The position numbers and the translations under genes were made by a program. The notes below the pieces were generated by a model. The model worked only from the letters and a program-made list of their open reading frames with translations, ran no database searches and was not told the DNA's origin. A stretch of 63,995 nucleotides of DNA, filler included, from Porpidia crustulata (taxonomy: Eukaryota), in NCBI GenBank assembly GCA_964255105.1. It is 7 parts of 7 records of this genome, joined end to end, with 100 filler letters (N's around TTAATTAATTAA, not from the genome) between each part and the next. Parts side by side here need not be neighbours in the genome. Positions count along the whole stretch, not along the records: positions 46,015 to 55,091 come from CAXUWE010000999.1; positions 55,192 to 63,995 come from CAXUWE010001046.1; 5 more parts are not named here. One strand, written 5' to 3'. Shown here one piece after another: positions 51,806 to 63,995 of this stretch (positions within the stretch are counted from its first letter, which is position 1; the number at the start of each line of letters is the position of its first letter).

Positions 51806-52970
51806 TCAAAGATCGTGGAACCATTTATGCGAGAGGGCTTCGGCGGCCGTGAGCCTTTTCCCAGGGTCAAAGTTTGTCAGGCCTCCGATGAGATCCTTGA
51901 GGTCCGAGTCAAGGGGCTCCATGTTCCATCGGACGAACGGTTCACGCGGATTCTCATCGTTAAATCCGTCCCGAAGCGCTTTCAGCACTTGGCGCCAAGG
52001 GCTGTCGCCGAGGTGCCTCAACAACCCATCGAAACTTTCCAGGTCCGCAAAGTACGAAATCTGGCGTTCAAGTATATGGGCCAGGGCTAACTCACCTTCC
52101 GGAAGCGCCTCTTCATCAACATAAAAGATAACGTGCTTCAGCACAGCATATATACACTATTCCACGCTGTCAGCAGCCATCCATACCGTGCGGGAGCCAA
52201 TGTTGAACATTTTCAACATACCACAATGCCAAAAGAGAAAATGTCGGAGGGCTTGTTGACACGGCCTTCGGCATGAGCTTCTGGACTGCGCCAATTCTGG
52301 TTGCCCACTTGTCTTCCCCGAATATTGCTCCCTGGTGGAACGTAGGCTGAGTCTTCGAGATCACCGAGACGGACCTCATGAATGATCATTCCATGATTGG
52401 TTTGGCTCCAATGGACCAGGATATTGTTCGGTTTGATGTCTATAACGTCTTAGCGATTATCATAAAGCAAGCTGGGCGTATATAAAGATCCGCCTAACCA
52501 GTATGCACAATGTTCTGATGGTGCAGCTCAGCAAGACCCTGCAATGCGTCTTTCAGAATCCGCTTGATGAGTGGCAGAGGCAAATCTTTTTGAGCCAGAG
52601 AAAGCAAATGGTCTTTGAGATATTTGTAAACGAACATTGACCTGTCGGGAATCGTATCTTGCACGAGACGCAGATAACGACTAGTGCCGAGTGCCCGTTG
52701 CATGTCTTCATAGTATTTAAAGTCGGCCAGGACGGTCTTGACGACGAACTTCTGCTTCCCATTTCTGGCACAAAAATGTCAGCATGTCTTCCCATGCTGG
52801 CAACATAACTTGTTGGACACCTACGTTGCAAGATAGACGTGGGCCGGCGGCACTTCTTTCGATTGAAGGACTCGCTCGATGAGATAGTGTCGGCCGGACT
52901 GCCCTAGCAGTTTCTCATTCGCAAGTATTGTAGATTGCGCTTCATGCTGTGCCAAGTCGCCCCCCGACAT
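51806..52970 (-). CDS. Lineage-specific Ser/Thr protein kinase, 4 exons, DLE in place of DFG
   Basis: FVVK; IVHT|DIKPNNIL; RLGDLED; GNQNWRSPEA; SDIFSFG; FDPGKRLTAAEALSHKWF. An upstream in-frame ATG at 53135 is also possible. Confidence 0.85.
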
Positions 52971-53702
52971 AGTGCTGTTCTGGCGGGCGAGTCCGACAGC
53001 AGTTAGAAACAGAGTGTAGGTTGGTTTAGATGCCCTCGCACACAGTAGTAACCTATTTGCCGGCAAACGAAACGTGTTGCAGTAGGTATGCAGTAACGAA
53101 GGAACGCATCCTGAAAACAAATCGCAAGCCATCATACGAAGACTTGCATGTGATGCGCGTCTCAGCTAATCTCGGCGACTTTGAAGCCAATCGTCAAAAC
53201 GTAGGTAGCCAAGTAGCCTATATTTACGCGCTAGAGGTATCCTACACGCGCGGTTACAACGGGCGCCTTATCAAGGTCCTTCAAGAACTCTCGAGGCGGG
53301 ACCTTGGCATTTGACCGAATTCAAGCCTATACAACCTCGTACGTAAAATTTGCGTTATGCATGTCAATCGCACTTTGCCCGGGAATATCCTTGGGGTCTC
53401 TCGCTTTGCATACTGGGAATAACATAAAAGTCAGCTGTGTCCATTGCAATGAAAGGACACAATCAGACCTTCCATAGCAATTTGACTGTGGATGACAAAT
53501 CGTCAAATCTAGTATTATCCATACACTTCTACTTCGATCTTAGATCTCCAATCACGGCAAGTCCATCCTTTAATTACAACCTACACCATCTACTGCAAAT
53601 TGAATATGTCACAGCTAACCTTTCCGCAACTAGCAGCGACTTCGTTTATCACTGCCGCTTACAATCCTTTAGCATTCAAAGCGCTATCAACGGCGTATAG
53701 CA

Positions 53703-54076
53703 ATGTCGGTAAGATATGTGTCCAGTCAATTTATCAAGAATATTCAGAAGGGTAAGAAGAGTATTGCAGTGGAGTACGTCGATCAAACAACTGCGTGGAA
53801 ACGACCTCAAGGCTATCCTTCGGCAAGCACCAAAGAGGTATTCAGTGATGTCGTCGATAAGAACTCCGATTCCTTTAAACCTGAAACAGTCAAGGTCGCC
53901 ATGAAGTAAGCTTGGAGCTTGAGATCTCGTTCTTCAATCTCGAGCTATACGCCTGACATTCAACTAGGGAGTCGCAGCATCAGAGCGACAAAGATAAGCG
54001 AATGCATTACACCGCTTATGAACTAGACAAGGGCGGTAGTGTGATCGGTACGAAACACATTGTTGATGAAAAATAG
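53703..54076 (+). CDS. Small (~103 aa) hypothetical protein, 2 exons
   Basis: GT-AG intron 53906-53967 with ctgac branch point restores the frame: ...VKVAMK|ESQHQSDKDKRMHYTAYELDKGGSVIGTKHIVDEK*. Confidence 0.7.
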
Positions 54077-54848
54077 CGCGGAGATTATCTCCTGTGGCAT
54101 ACTGCTTGATCCTGCTGGGAGATGAGTCCTTAAAGCAGCCGCTGCGCAACCCCGAGGCCAGAAGCGGAAGAGACGATCTCGTGATCATGTCTAGTACGGG
54201 AGACGTGAAGTTTGCTCTGCTCAATACATCCATCGTGTTCCCTATCAACAAACACCGTATCTCGTAAGCGGGTTTGCCAGCGTCCAAGAACTTGCTAATC
54301 TTCCCATCTTTCCTCTGTGTCGCCAACTCCTTAGCAACTATGGGCTTTGCTTCTACTTGGGTGATATGGGCTGATAGCTTCGAAGCTGCCAAAATTTGAA
54401 ATACATGCTTGATCAATCGGGCTTCGATGAGACAGGGAGCTCAGGATGGATGGGGGGATTTTGAAATGGAATCTACGGTGTACGTCTTGCTCATGAAATT
54501 ATTGGAAGAGAGAAAAGCCTTGGCAAGAGCTTTTTAGATTATTTACATTCCAACCATACTGAAGTTGACACCGTTGGGAGATAGCTCGCGTGCTCGTAGA
54601 TTTTGGGTTGGGAGTATATTCAGTACTCGTAGTCAATTCTTCGTCGTATTTTAGAAATTCGATGTTGCGCAATACGGAACCTATATCACATGACGTATAA
54701 TGCGCGAGCACATTATCAATCGCGTGATCCCTCGAACGATATAAGACTGTCAGAGCTTCAATGCCTCTGATCCTGCGAGTGAATTATTTTTTCATCTGTA
54801 TCATCGATCAATTGTAGAAGCTCGATCTTGTTTTGATTAAGGAGAACG

Positions 54849-55037
54849 ATGCTGAGTCGTTAACTTTTTTTAACCGACTGATTTTATTACATCTGAACAC
54901 AGAAATATCATATTATGTTATACTTAGCGAAAGCCAAGTCGCAACAATTTATTAGAAGAAAATCTAATCTTGTGAAAAAAGTAGACGAGCTGACACGCTT
55001 ATGTCACGCGGATCTTGTGTTGATTATTCACAAGAAC
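54849..55037 (+). pseudogene. SRF-type MADS-box gene fragment, interrupted
   Basis: ML|TKAKSQQFIRRKSNLVKKVDELTRLCHADLVLIIHKN, then an abrupt break at TGTTG (55038). Confidence 0.7.
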
Positions 55038-55091
55038 TGTTGAAAACAGAGCATCTAGGTCCTACGACTAGGTGTTCGGGGTGCTTACGCT
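55038..55091. mobile_element. Probable LTR start (TGTTG) inserted in the MADS-box gene
   Basis: Homology stops exactly at TGTTG and the contig ends 54 bp later, as expected at a repeat. Confidence 0.4.
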
Positions 55092-55191
55092 NNNNNNNNN
55101 NNNNNNNNNNNNNNNNNNNNNNNNNNNNNNNNNNNTTAATTAATTAANNNNNNNNNNNNNNNNNNNNNNNNNNNNNNNNNNNNNNNNNNNN
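55092..55191. other. Artificial contig spacer
   Basis: N44-TTAATTAATTAA-N44. Confidence 0.98.
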
Positions 55192-57835
55192 GGTTGGTGA
55201 GGGTGGGGGAGATGCGGTTTTCGTGGTGGTGTAGTTGTAGATGTGGTGTTCAAGGCGGACCCAGGTGACGAGGGTGGCGCAGAAGGCGAAGTAGAAGAGG
55301 CCTTCGTAGGAGATGGTGAGGATGATGAAGATGGGGGAGAAGGTGAGGAACATGATGGCGAGGCGGTGGAGGTAGTGGTTTTTTGGCTGGAGGCTGTGGA
55401 GAAATGGGATGGCGAGAGATGCGACTTTTGCTAGGTTAGGAGGTGGTGATCTATTTGGGGCTTGGAGCGACTTACTTAGGACCAGCCACCCAACCACTTG
55501 GTTTCCTAGGGGTAGGCCATGCTTCGCTTGTAAAGAAATGCTACTGGACCGTGTAACGATCATGGCCAGCACGATCAAACCAGTCTGAACGCCAAATATG
55601 CTTCGTGATATGCCGTTCCTTGTAGCCGAAGCTTGCTCACTGTTTCCGGACGCAGGAATTATGCTTTGCTCGAAAAGAAGGTATAGAACTCCAACAAAAG
55701 CCATAAGGAGGCCTCCAAGTAATCTGGAGATTCATGAGTTAGTTTGTTGTCGACTCAAATGTAGAAATACGATTATAGTACTCACATTACATTAATGCTT
55801 TCCACCTTGATCACAGGCAGTAGAGTAAATATGCTCATAGAATTACACGCCGCATCCCACGTCACGATTAAGACTTTGTTATTTGAAATAAAATCTCGTC
55901 CATAGAAGAATGGCCACGAAGCCGCGGCAAGAAAGCAGATCGTATAGACCGAACGGTGGAAATATGATAGTACCTACAATCCAAGTCAGCTGGGGCGCAG
56001 CTACAGTTTGAGATGCTTCTGGGAGACATTTACAAGAGCCTCCAATAGCCCAAAAAAAGCTAATGATTTTAAACCGAGTAACAACATCTCTTTCTTCGAT
56101 TCTATTTCTCTGAACAGTTGACGACTTCCAGCAACCAGAGCTCGCCTACTTGCGAATACTTCTTCCCAAAATATGAAAGGGAATACAGTGTATAAATAAT
56201 ATGTGTAAGGAGATCTACGGATCCACAGAGCAGCAAATGCACCAACGAGCAGTGCGCCGAACCCAATAGTTGTTGCGCTTGATCTTGAGGTTTGAATTTT
56301 GCCCTGCAATACATGCATGTCAATGACAGTTGTGATAGCAAAGGCAATCCAGCCCATGTAACCAAGTGTTACAAGCAACCGTAAGAAAAGCCAGTCGTAA
56401 GTTTGAAGATAGCGCAATCCTTGAAGGCCAAGGTCAAGGAGCTCCTGACTCATCATTATTGCTTGATCAAAAAGACCCTGGCTTATTAGAAGGTGTATTT
56501 CTTTTACGCGATGTTCCACTGAATGTTGCTCATCACCTAGCCGTGGGAACGGCTTATATTGCAGTTGGGTGGCCTTTTTTTCTTCTTCTTTCACCCGATA
56601 CATTTCAAGCACTCCTCGGGCGTTCACTAGAGCTGCCTCGGCCTTCTCTTTGGAGTTTCCTGCAACATATGAGAGCGGTAGCGCACCAACTGAGTTCACT
56701 GGAAATTCTAGTCCAGCAAGATATGCCATCAACGCAGCAACATCGGCCTGGTCAACGTCATGCCTTTGGACTTGGTCGAGTCCCCAATCAGAAGAGAAGC
56801 CGTCTTCGTGACCCAGAGCTTTGCCTGAGCCTTTGACGTTTGGCTTTGCGACTCCAGAGCCCCATGCAATTAATGGAGTTCGGGTGTTGTCTGGATGGCC
56901 ATCTCCATGACTGCCCCAATCACTCATACCATGATCCGCGGTGAAAACGAATGCCGTTTTACCATCCCCGTAAAAGTTTTCAATAAGGCTGGTGATCTCC
57001 TTGACACCTTGATCAACAATCTTGATATTATGGAGATATTCCTTTGAGTATGGTCGATAAGCATGACCAGTAGTATCAAGACCAAGAAGATGGAGGAAAA
57101 AGACATTCTTGTCTTGTCGCAGTGCAGTGTCGAGGGTAGTGTTCCTTGCAGCCTCGTTGAACATGTTCTTGACTTTATCAAACACCCAGGTATCCAGCTG
57201 GGTTGCATCTGCCTCTAATCAGCTGTCTGTTGGAACATGCACCGTCTGCCTAAACTCCTACCCTTTGTATAATCCTCAAACTCTTCTTCGTAGGTCTCGG
57301 CATCTACCCTCCCTCTGACCGCCCCCTCCTTGAACATTGGTAGTATGTCTGGGCTCCCCCAGCTCCACGTGTGTCTACTCCTGTTGAAAACGCTGTCAAA
57401 GTTGACGGGGTTAAGCTTCCAACCAGTCGTGACGGCGGAGACGTCCTCATAAAGCCCAGCTATCAGCGCAACATGTCCAGGCCTTGACTCCGTAGGCACC
57501 CGTGTATGAGACACCCCGAACGTGCCTTTTTCAAGCACACATGAGCGAAGAAATGGTGCCAAAGGCTGGGGCTCCAGGGCTCCAGGCGCATTGGGTGTTG
57601 CTGGTGATGGGTCGGGAAAGCTTTGAAAGGCCTTGTCCGCACGAAGTCCGTCGCCCACATACAGGATAAGCCTCCTAGCGGGAGCTTCAACACCGTTACT
57701 TCTATTGACGGCAAAGGACTGCATGCCACTAACAATAGGACTAACGAAGTAGATATCGAAGATGGAGTATATGTACACAAGGTGAAATATCACCGCAACG
57801 CCCAAGAATCCAAACCTGCCAAGGCGTGCCATCAT
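55192..57835 (-). CDS. MCD4: GPI ethanolamine-phosphate transferase 1, multi-exon, 3' truncated
   Basis: [79 protein letters not shown]. Confidence 0.96.
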
Positions 57836-58641
57836 AAAGAGTGGATGATGGCACCTAGGTTCGAAACACTGTAAGATAGTTGCGGCTGGTGTAAATAGTT
57901 AATATTTTGGGTGATGCCAGGCGTCATCCAGATTTCTGTATGCTTGCGGTAATTTTACGAAGAAGCGATTTTAGCCTTCAGCTGAAAGATTACGCTATGA
58001 TATCACTAACGGAACATTCCGCCTTATACTCTGTTCGTATCTCTTTTCCATGATTACTCTACACCAAAAGGTTGGGAGCTTTTCAACTTGCTGTAATACT
58101 ATCCCGCTACATCAATATGCATAGCAGCATTCCCGTTGCGTCTCATACGTCTCACCTTTTCTCTCTCACTATTGCCGCACTGACGTTGTGCTCGGTTTTC
58201 TCACCCATTTCTCTCTCTCGCTCTCTGATCATTCCTCCTTCTCAAATCTATGCGAACAGCATGATCGCCAACTTTCACATGGATACATCGACGATAAAAT
58301 GACTGAGATACGCAATAGCGGAATAGTTGAGCAGCTAGCTAATAGAAGGAGTGATAAGAGACTTGTATAGGTAGTAAGATGGGGATCTGAGTGCAGGAGC
58401 TCAAGGATTCGACAAGGTTTCAGATAGAGGATTGATTGTGCTTGCACAATTTTTTTACCAACTGGTACTGGATCCATCGCATCGTAATTGATCCACGAGC
58501 AGTGCAAAACAGAGGATATCATGCTATTTCCGTTCTCTTATAATGTTCGCTGGTTGTATTCTATGAAGGGAATTGAGGTCCTACATTGTGTAAGACCAAG
58601 TCTAACATTAAATTGTGTATAAATCTCTTATGAATGATTTC

Positions 58642-60793
58642 TCATGGACCGCTTGAGACGGTTTCTGCTCCGTCCTTCCCATTGTCCTCGACTCCAGCAG
58701 CCAACCATGCCGCCACGAAGCCAGCTAGGCCTCCAGCTCTGATCACCCACCCTACCGCCTCTCCATCAACAATATCCCATCGCCCCAAAATCCAGAAGAG
58801 TGCACTACTGCCGACCGCCGCTATGATTTGTGGCGTCGCAATTGCCATATTGTGCACTCCCAAGATAGTTCCTGCTTTCGATTCGGAAGACCCGAACTCG
58901 ACGTTTCCTGATTCCCTTTGTTCGTTATCATCGTCGGTATCCGAGAATCGTAGGTAAGGATCAGCTCTGGCTATCTCGGCACTGATCAATGCATAGGGAG
59001 CCCATTGCGTCAGTGCCCAGGATATGCCGAGAAGACCCACCAGGAATGTTGATGAGATGCGTGAGTGGATTAGAGCGGTAGATAGCAAGATAATCGACGT
59101 GAGAATATGAGATGCCATCCAGGCTCGGGGAAGAGTTAACCAAGAAATAGAGAGCACCGATCTAAGCCCAGGATGATCACTAGTAGGACTTGAGATTGCT
59201 CCTTCGGTCGGAATACTAGAAGTAGCCACTTCTACCTCAACTAATTCAGCATCGGGATGAGGCACAATCTGTTCATCGCGCAATATGGACCTTGCCTGGG
59301 AGCCACTGGGGTAGAAGACAAAGAGGGGGAGGACGAGATTTGTAACAAGGGCAATGATGGCGAAAAAGGTCATGGCAAGTGTGCCTTGGCGAATTGAATC
59401 TGGACGGAGCGAGAGTGGCGTCTGGAGGGGACTCGGGTGGTGGATGGTCATCGAAGGTGCTTCGGCTTGATCTTCAAGACATCAGTGTTACACGGAGGAC
59501 ATTTAAGGTGTCAAAAAACTTACAGAGATTTCCGATGTAGCTACCACAAAGCCAACAGGATTAGTACGATATCTCAATACCAAGGCACAGCACCCTCAGT
59601 CATTCACGTAATTAGAGAGAACTCACGTTGTGACGTAAAACAGGAAAGGGAACCAACAAAGCCACGCGAAGAACTGTACCATACAGACTCTTCTAATTTT
59701 TATCGGCATTTGACTCGCTGTGCCGATAATGTGGCGGAAAATTGTAACGAGGCCAGGTCTGCTCTCTAGATTTTCCTTGTCCATGACTGCTGTTTTCTCC
59801 TCTGCGACAAGGCAAGTGACCAATACAGTCAAACTCAAAGCTACAGAAGCAACTGCACAAAGCCCCTTGAATTGGGTATCTCCGAGCCACGGCAGTATAT
59901 CTGGCAGCGAAACGAGTCCAGAGGCATATCCCAAGACAGTCCCAAGGCCTATGATGCAGCTGGCGTATGCATTTACTTGTACTTGCTGCTCTGGCTGGCA
60001 ACAATCGACGATCAGCGCCCTTATTCCCGTCTGCACAGGCTGGATCACTATGTTGAGCGCCCAGACCAATGCTGATGCCAGAACTTTGATGAATATCGAC
60101 GCTGACCGCGTTCCGGTATCGCGACCGAAGGATGATAAGATGAGCTTGCCAGTTTCGGTCGTCCGCGGAAGAATTGCCAGACAGATTGTAGTCGCTATGG
60201 TACCGCAAATGATAAAAGGCTTACGGCGACCCCAGGAGCTTTGATTGCGATCACTGAGAACTCCCACATACGGCTGGATGAACGTTCCACAAAGCGGGCC
60301 AGCCAGCCAGATGAGAGATATCAAATAGGCTGGAAGACCAAGGGATGAGAGGTAAGGCTGAGGATTACGGGCGATTATTATGGAGACCTATAGAGCACAA
60401 TGGAGAGTGCGGAAAAGAGAGTGAAAGACGACCGAGGAGAGAAGAGAGAAGAGAGAATTACAGAGCCCTGCGACATGATGGCTGTCCAAATAACCTGGAG
60501 GCTGTATGTAGAATTAACGTCCACTAATTATACCCCGAGTCTGGCCCTCCTGCTCTTACTTCCCGGAAGACTTACCCTCCAGCACTGATGGTGACAGCAA
60601 TGAGGTACAGCGGACTGGCGTGTTGTGCTCTACTCCCGTACCGACTGACCTGACCCTTTGTCTTGTTCGAAGGAGCCGGCCATTGCGAATTTAAACTGCT
60701 TGAGTGTAGCCTCGAAGTTTTACTTTTATCTTGATTTGCGTCAGACAAGAGCTCCTCCCTACTGACATAGTTCATCGCCTCTGCTATTTCCAT
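58642..60793 (-). CDS. GPH-family sucrose/alpha-glucoside transporter (SUT1-like), multi-exon
   Basis: GG|LQVIW; WLAGPLCGTFIQPYVGVLSDR..WGRRKPFI; RALIVD; QFFAWLCWFPFLFY; WAPYALI; GTILGVHNMAIATPQ. Confidence 0.9.
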
Positions 60794-61276
60794 TGTCGAT
60801 GATCTCGAGATGAGACGAGGGATTATGGGAATTTCGACTCGAGGTCATGCTGCTTGCTAGCCCTCTCGACCAAAGGAAGTTTATTCTGACCAAGTGTATA
60901 GGTCAACGGCCGATATTGCCAGCGCGCCAATGAGAGAAGATGACATCGTGTATTGATTGAGAAACAAGAAGTGGAATAATAGTAATGAAGAGTTTGTAAG
61001 TATCTGCAGGCAACTATAGAATTCTGAGGAGGTGATACGAGAGGCAGGAAGAGTGCGCGTCATTGAATCGAAATGGCTTAGGCTGTGGACTCGTACACTC
61101 ATTCCCCTTCTCACCTCTCTCATCCATCTTCATATTTTGGGCAGATACTCGTCTCAATTTAGATATCTATATCTACTTACCTGACCTATATTATTACTAT
61201 GTGCGTCGGTTTGATTATCAAGGCATTGAAAAGCGAAGGATAGTATTGTCGTCATCCCTCAACGGAACAGCTGGAC

Positions 61277-61290
61277 TAGGGTTAGGGTTA
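61277..61290. promoter_or_regulatory. Telobox (TAGGGTTAGGGTTA) in the divergent intergenic region
   Basis: About 2.3 TTAGGG repeats between the transporter and the P450. Confidence 0.4.
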
Positions 61291-62306
61291 TCTTCACTAT
61301 TTTGACCGAGTCAGGAGTATTGGATTGGTGGATGTTACTCACCAAGGGGGTGCCATACACCAACCCGTAATGCGATGCCAATAATAATTGAGTACCGGAT
61401 TACCATCTGATAGCCTTTCCTGGTTATCGAAGTAACATAAAAAAGTTGGAATGGCATTTCAAAGGACACGCTGTCGTCCAATCTGTTGGAAATACTGACG
61501 ATCATCTGTAAGTATCATGCTGGTAGTTGCGTTGCAATGCGTCCGTTCACACTAGAGGATACTATATGCGATCTACGACTCGGCCAATGATCGAAAATTG
61601 TTTACACAGACGTCGATGCTCGGAAATTCTACCAGCTCCATTATGAGAAGACTCAACTAGCAAGCAATAGTGCTATTGACTTACGGCCAAGGCCGATCTG
61701 ACGGGTCCAGTGTTCAGTCTCTTACCAGACAGAGCAAGGCGGTACATCAATATACCCATGAGCTGCTTAAAGATCAAAACGCTGACGTCTTTGTGCACAC
61801 TCAGATCGAGAAGCTTTCATGGTCTCAAAATCTACTTTCCTCTCCTCTACCCAAAACAATCTGCGAGATTTCCCCTCTTTGAATCGCAACCAATTTCCAA
61901 TCATTTCCACTTTCAGTCAATTGTGCCATCTTGTTGAGTGCCGGGCACAGATTCAAGCGTGATATGCCTTGTTCCGAGCCTCTCGAATTCTTCCACATCA
62001 TGATAGATGCCTCCTTCCTGTATGCATGCATTTTAGCGAACCTAGATGATCCCTTATCGGGTTGAGACCGAACATCTCCGATTGAGATCGAGACAGCCCG
62101 AAAAGATAGAAGTCCATACGTCGAGTGATGATGAATGGAGCGATTATAAATTCTTCATCATTGATCACTATGATGCTGGGACTTTTATATAGGATTGAGG
62201 TCATGCCTTTAAATTTCAAATCAAGCCAGCAGGATAAATTTTACCTGAATAACTCTGACCGATAGACTTTGGAAATTTCGTTCAGAGAATATCCGAGCTA
62301 GCAATT

Positions 62307-63932
62307 ATGGTCTTTGTTGCCTTGACTGGTGGAAGCTTCTCCGTTCTTTGGCTAATCCCTCTGCTGGCAAGTAAAATGACATCGATGAGGGTAGCAGTCC
62401 TGACTTTCATCGACGCAGCTTCTGCTATACCCTTTAGTCAAGGCTTTCTACAGCATCTACTTCCATTCACTCTCCAAGTTCCCAGGTCCTAAACTCGCTG
62501 CGGCAACCAACATTCCAATTGCTTGGGTTTCCTGGAACGGTACTCTATCCCAATGGCTGACAGCGCTTCACGAGCAATATGGCAGTGACGTAGTTCGGAT
62601 CTCACCCGAACAGCTTTCCTTCATCTCGCCATCAGCATGAAACGATATCTACGGCAATCGACAGGGCCACACCAAATTCCCAAAAGATCTACGCTTATGG
62701 GGAGAGATTGGAGGAATTCTTACCGCCCCTCATGCCGACCACAGTCGCATGCGCCGACTCCTCAGCCACGCCTTCTCGGATAAGGCGTTGAGGGAGCAAG
62801 AATCTCTCATTCAAACACACGTGCACAAGCTCATTACTGGGCTTAAGGAACGCATTCAAAACCATACTGGGGCGCTGATCGACCTCACAGACTGGTATCA
62901 TTGGACATCCTTCGATGTAATTGGCGACCTCTCGTTCGGAGAATCCTTCAACTGCTTGAGAGACACAATGTATCACCCATGGGTAACAATGCTCATGAGC
63001 AGTATTAAAATAGTCACCATGAACAGCACGACGCTGCGGTTTCCTCGCTTACAAAAGCTGCTCCGTCTTTTCGTTTCCAAGCAAATGAAGCAAGAATACG
63101 CCGACCATCGGAGACTCTCCACCGAGAAAGTCGAACAGCGCATGGGCTTGGAGACTTCAAGACCAGACTTCATGTCCTACATCCTAGCAGCGAACCCGAC
63201 CAAAGGCGGCATGACCCGTGAGGAAATCCACTGGAACTCCGCAACCTTCATCTCCGCCGGCAGCGAAACCACCGCCTCGGTCCTGGCGAGCGCAACCTGG
63301 CACCTGCTCAAGAATCCCGAATGTCTCGCCAGACTTGTTACCGAACTCCGTACCGCCTTTGAATCCGCCGAAGAAGTCAATCTTGCCAATACCGACGGCC
63401 TGAAATACCTCCACGCCGTCATCGACGAGAGTCTCCGCATCTCCACTCCCGCTTTATCGGGACAACCTCGTCTTTCTCCTCCGGAAGGCGACACCATAAG
63501 CGGCTACTGGATCCCCGGTGGCACCGGCGTCCAACTAAACCAGCTGGCCGCTTTCCGCTCAACTCTAAATTTCAACTCCCCCGAAAATTTTGCGCCTTCC
63601 CGCTGGCTCGGCGATCCCCGGTTCGCCTCCGATCGGCTTGACGCCATGCAACCGTTTTCCGTCGGACCGAGAAACTGCATTGGGAAAAAGTAGGTCCCCG
63701 CATCATCATCAAATCATCAATAACAGTGACGGTGGGTAAAGTACTTTGCTAATATCCCTGTTCGCCCGAAAGTCTCGCCCTCGCCGAAATCCGCCTCGTC
63801 CTCGCCCACATGCTCTACGAATTCGACATCGAGCTCGACAACAAAGCCCAAGCCGACTAGCCGAACCAGAAAGCATGGTTCACGTGGGACAAAGCGCCGC
63901 TGTTCGTCAAGTTGACGGCCCGGGCCCATTGA
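62307..63932 (+). pseudogene. Cytochrome P450 (CYP65/Tri11-like) with in-frame stops at two Trp positions
   Basis: FPGPKL, VRISPEQLSF, AGSETT, ESLR, FSVGPRNCIG. TGA at 62638-62640 in SA*NDIYG and TAG at 63858-63860 in D*PNQK. Confidence 0.85.
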
Positions 63933-63995
63933 GGGAAGTGTGTTCCCTTTAATGGAAACCGGGGAGGAGGGAATGCAAGGAGTGGGGAGGGAAGG

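Noticed and set aside
9118..55191. Six regularly spaced TTAATTAATTAA palindromes as a biological repeat or array
   Set aside because: Each lies in an identical N44/N44 pad, and the intervening lengths never increase (9117, 9115, 9087, 9078, 9077). This is size-sorted contig concatenation.
1..63995. One giant Starship or gene cluster carrying hxA, erdS, the P450 and others
   Set aside because: The genes are on separate contigs, so adjacency is artificial.

Overview
Intron-containing genomic DNA of a filamentous ascomycete (Pezizomycotina). The window is not one locus. It is seven unrelated contigs (about 9.1 kb each, size-sorted; the last is cut by the window end) joined by artificial 100-nt spacers (N44-TTAATTAATTAA-N44), so synteny across spacers is meaningless. 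Contig 1 (1-9117): the 5' part of a probable Starship giant transposon, with a DUF3435 tyrosine-recombinase captain carrying two in-frame TAG stops, two co-oriented cargo genes (one with a HEPN-like Rx4H motif), GCTCC repeat blocks and an internally deleted LTR retroelement. Contig 2: xanthine dehydrogenase, mitochondrial ribosomal protein S7 and a USP-domain gene. Contig 3: no intact gene, but a divergent pair of heavily decayed pseudogenes of the sterol-aspartylation system erdS (AspRS-DUF2156) and erdH (alpha/beta hydrolase), plus an F-box relic. Contig 4: Vps62-like, TFIIIC-subunit-like and CorA-like genes. Contig 5: dynactin p150Glued, a GPI-anchored S/T-rich protein and two adjacent MITEs. 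Contig 6: accessory-type genes (truncated P-loop ATPase, GST, atypical kinase, small orphan, interrupted MADS-box). Contig 7: MCD4, a SUT1-like sugar transporter and a P450 with two Trp-to-stop codons. All family assignments come from motif recognition by eye; no database search was run.
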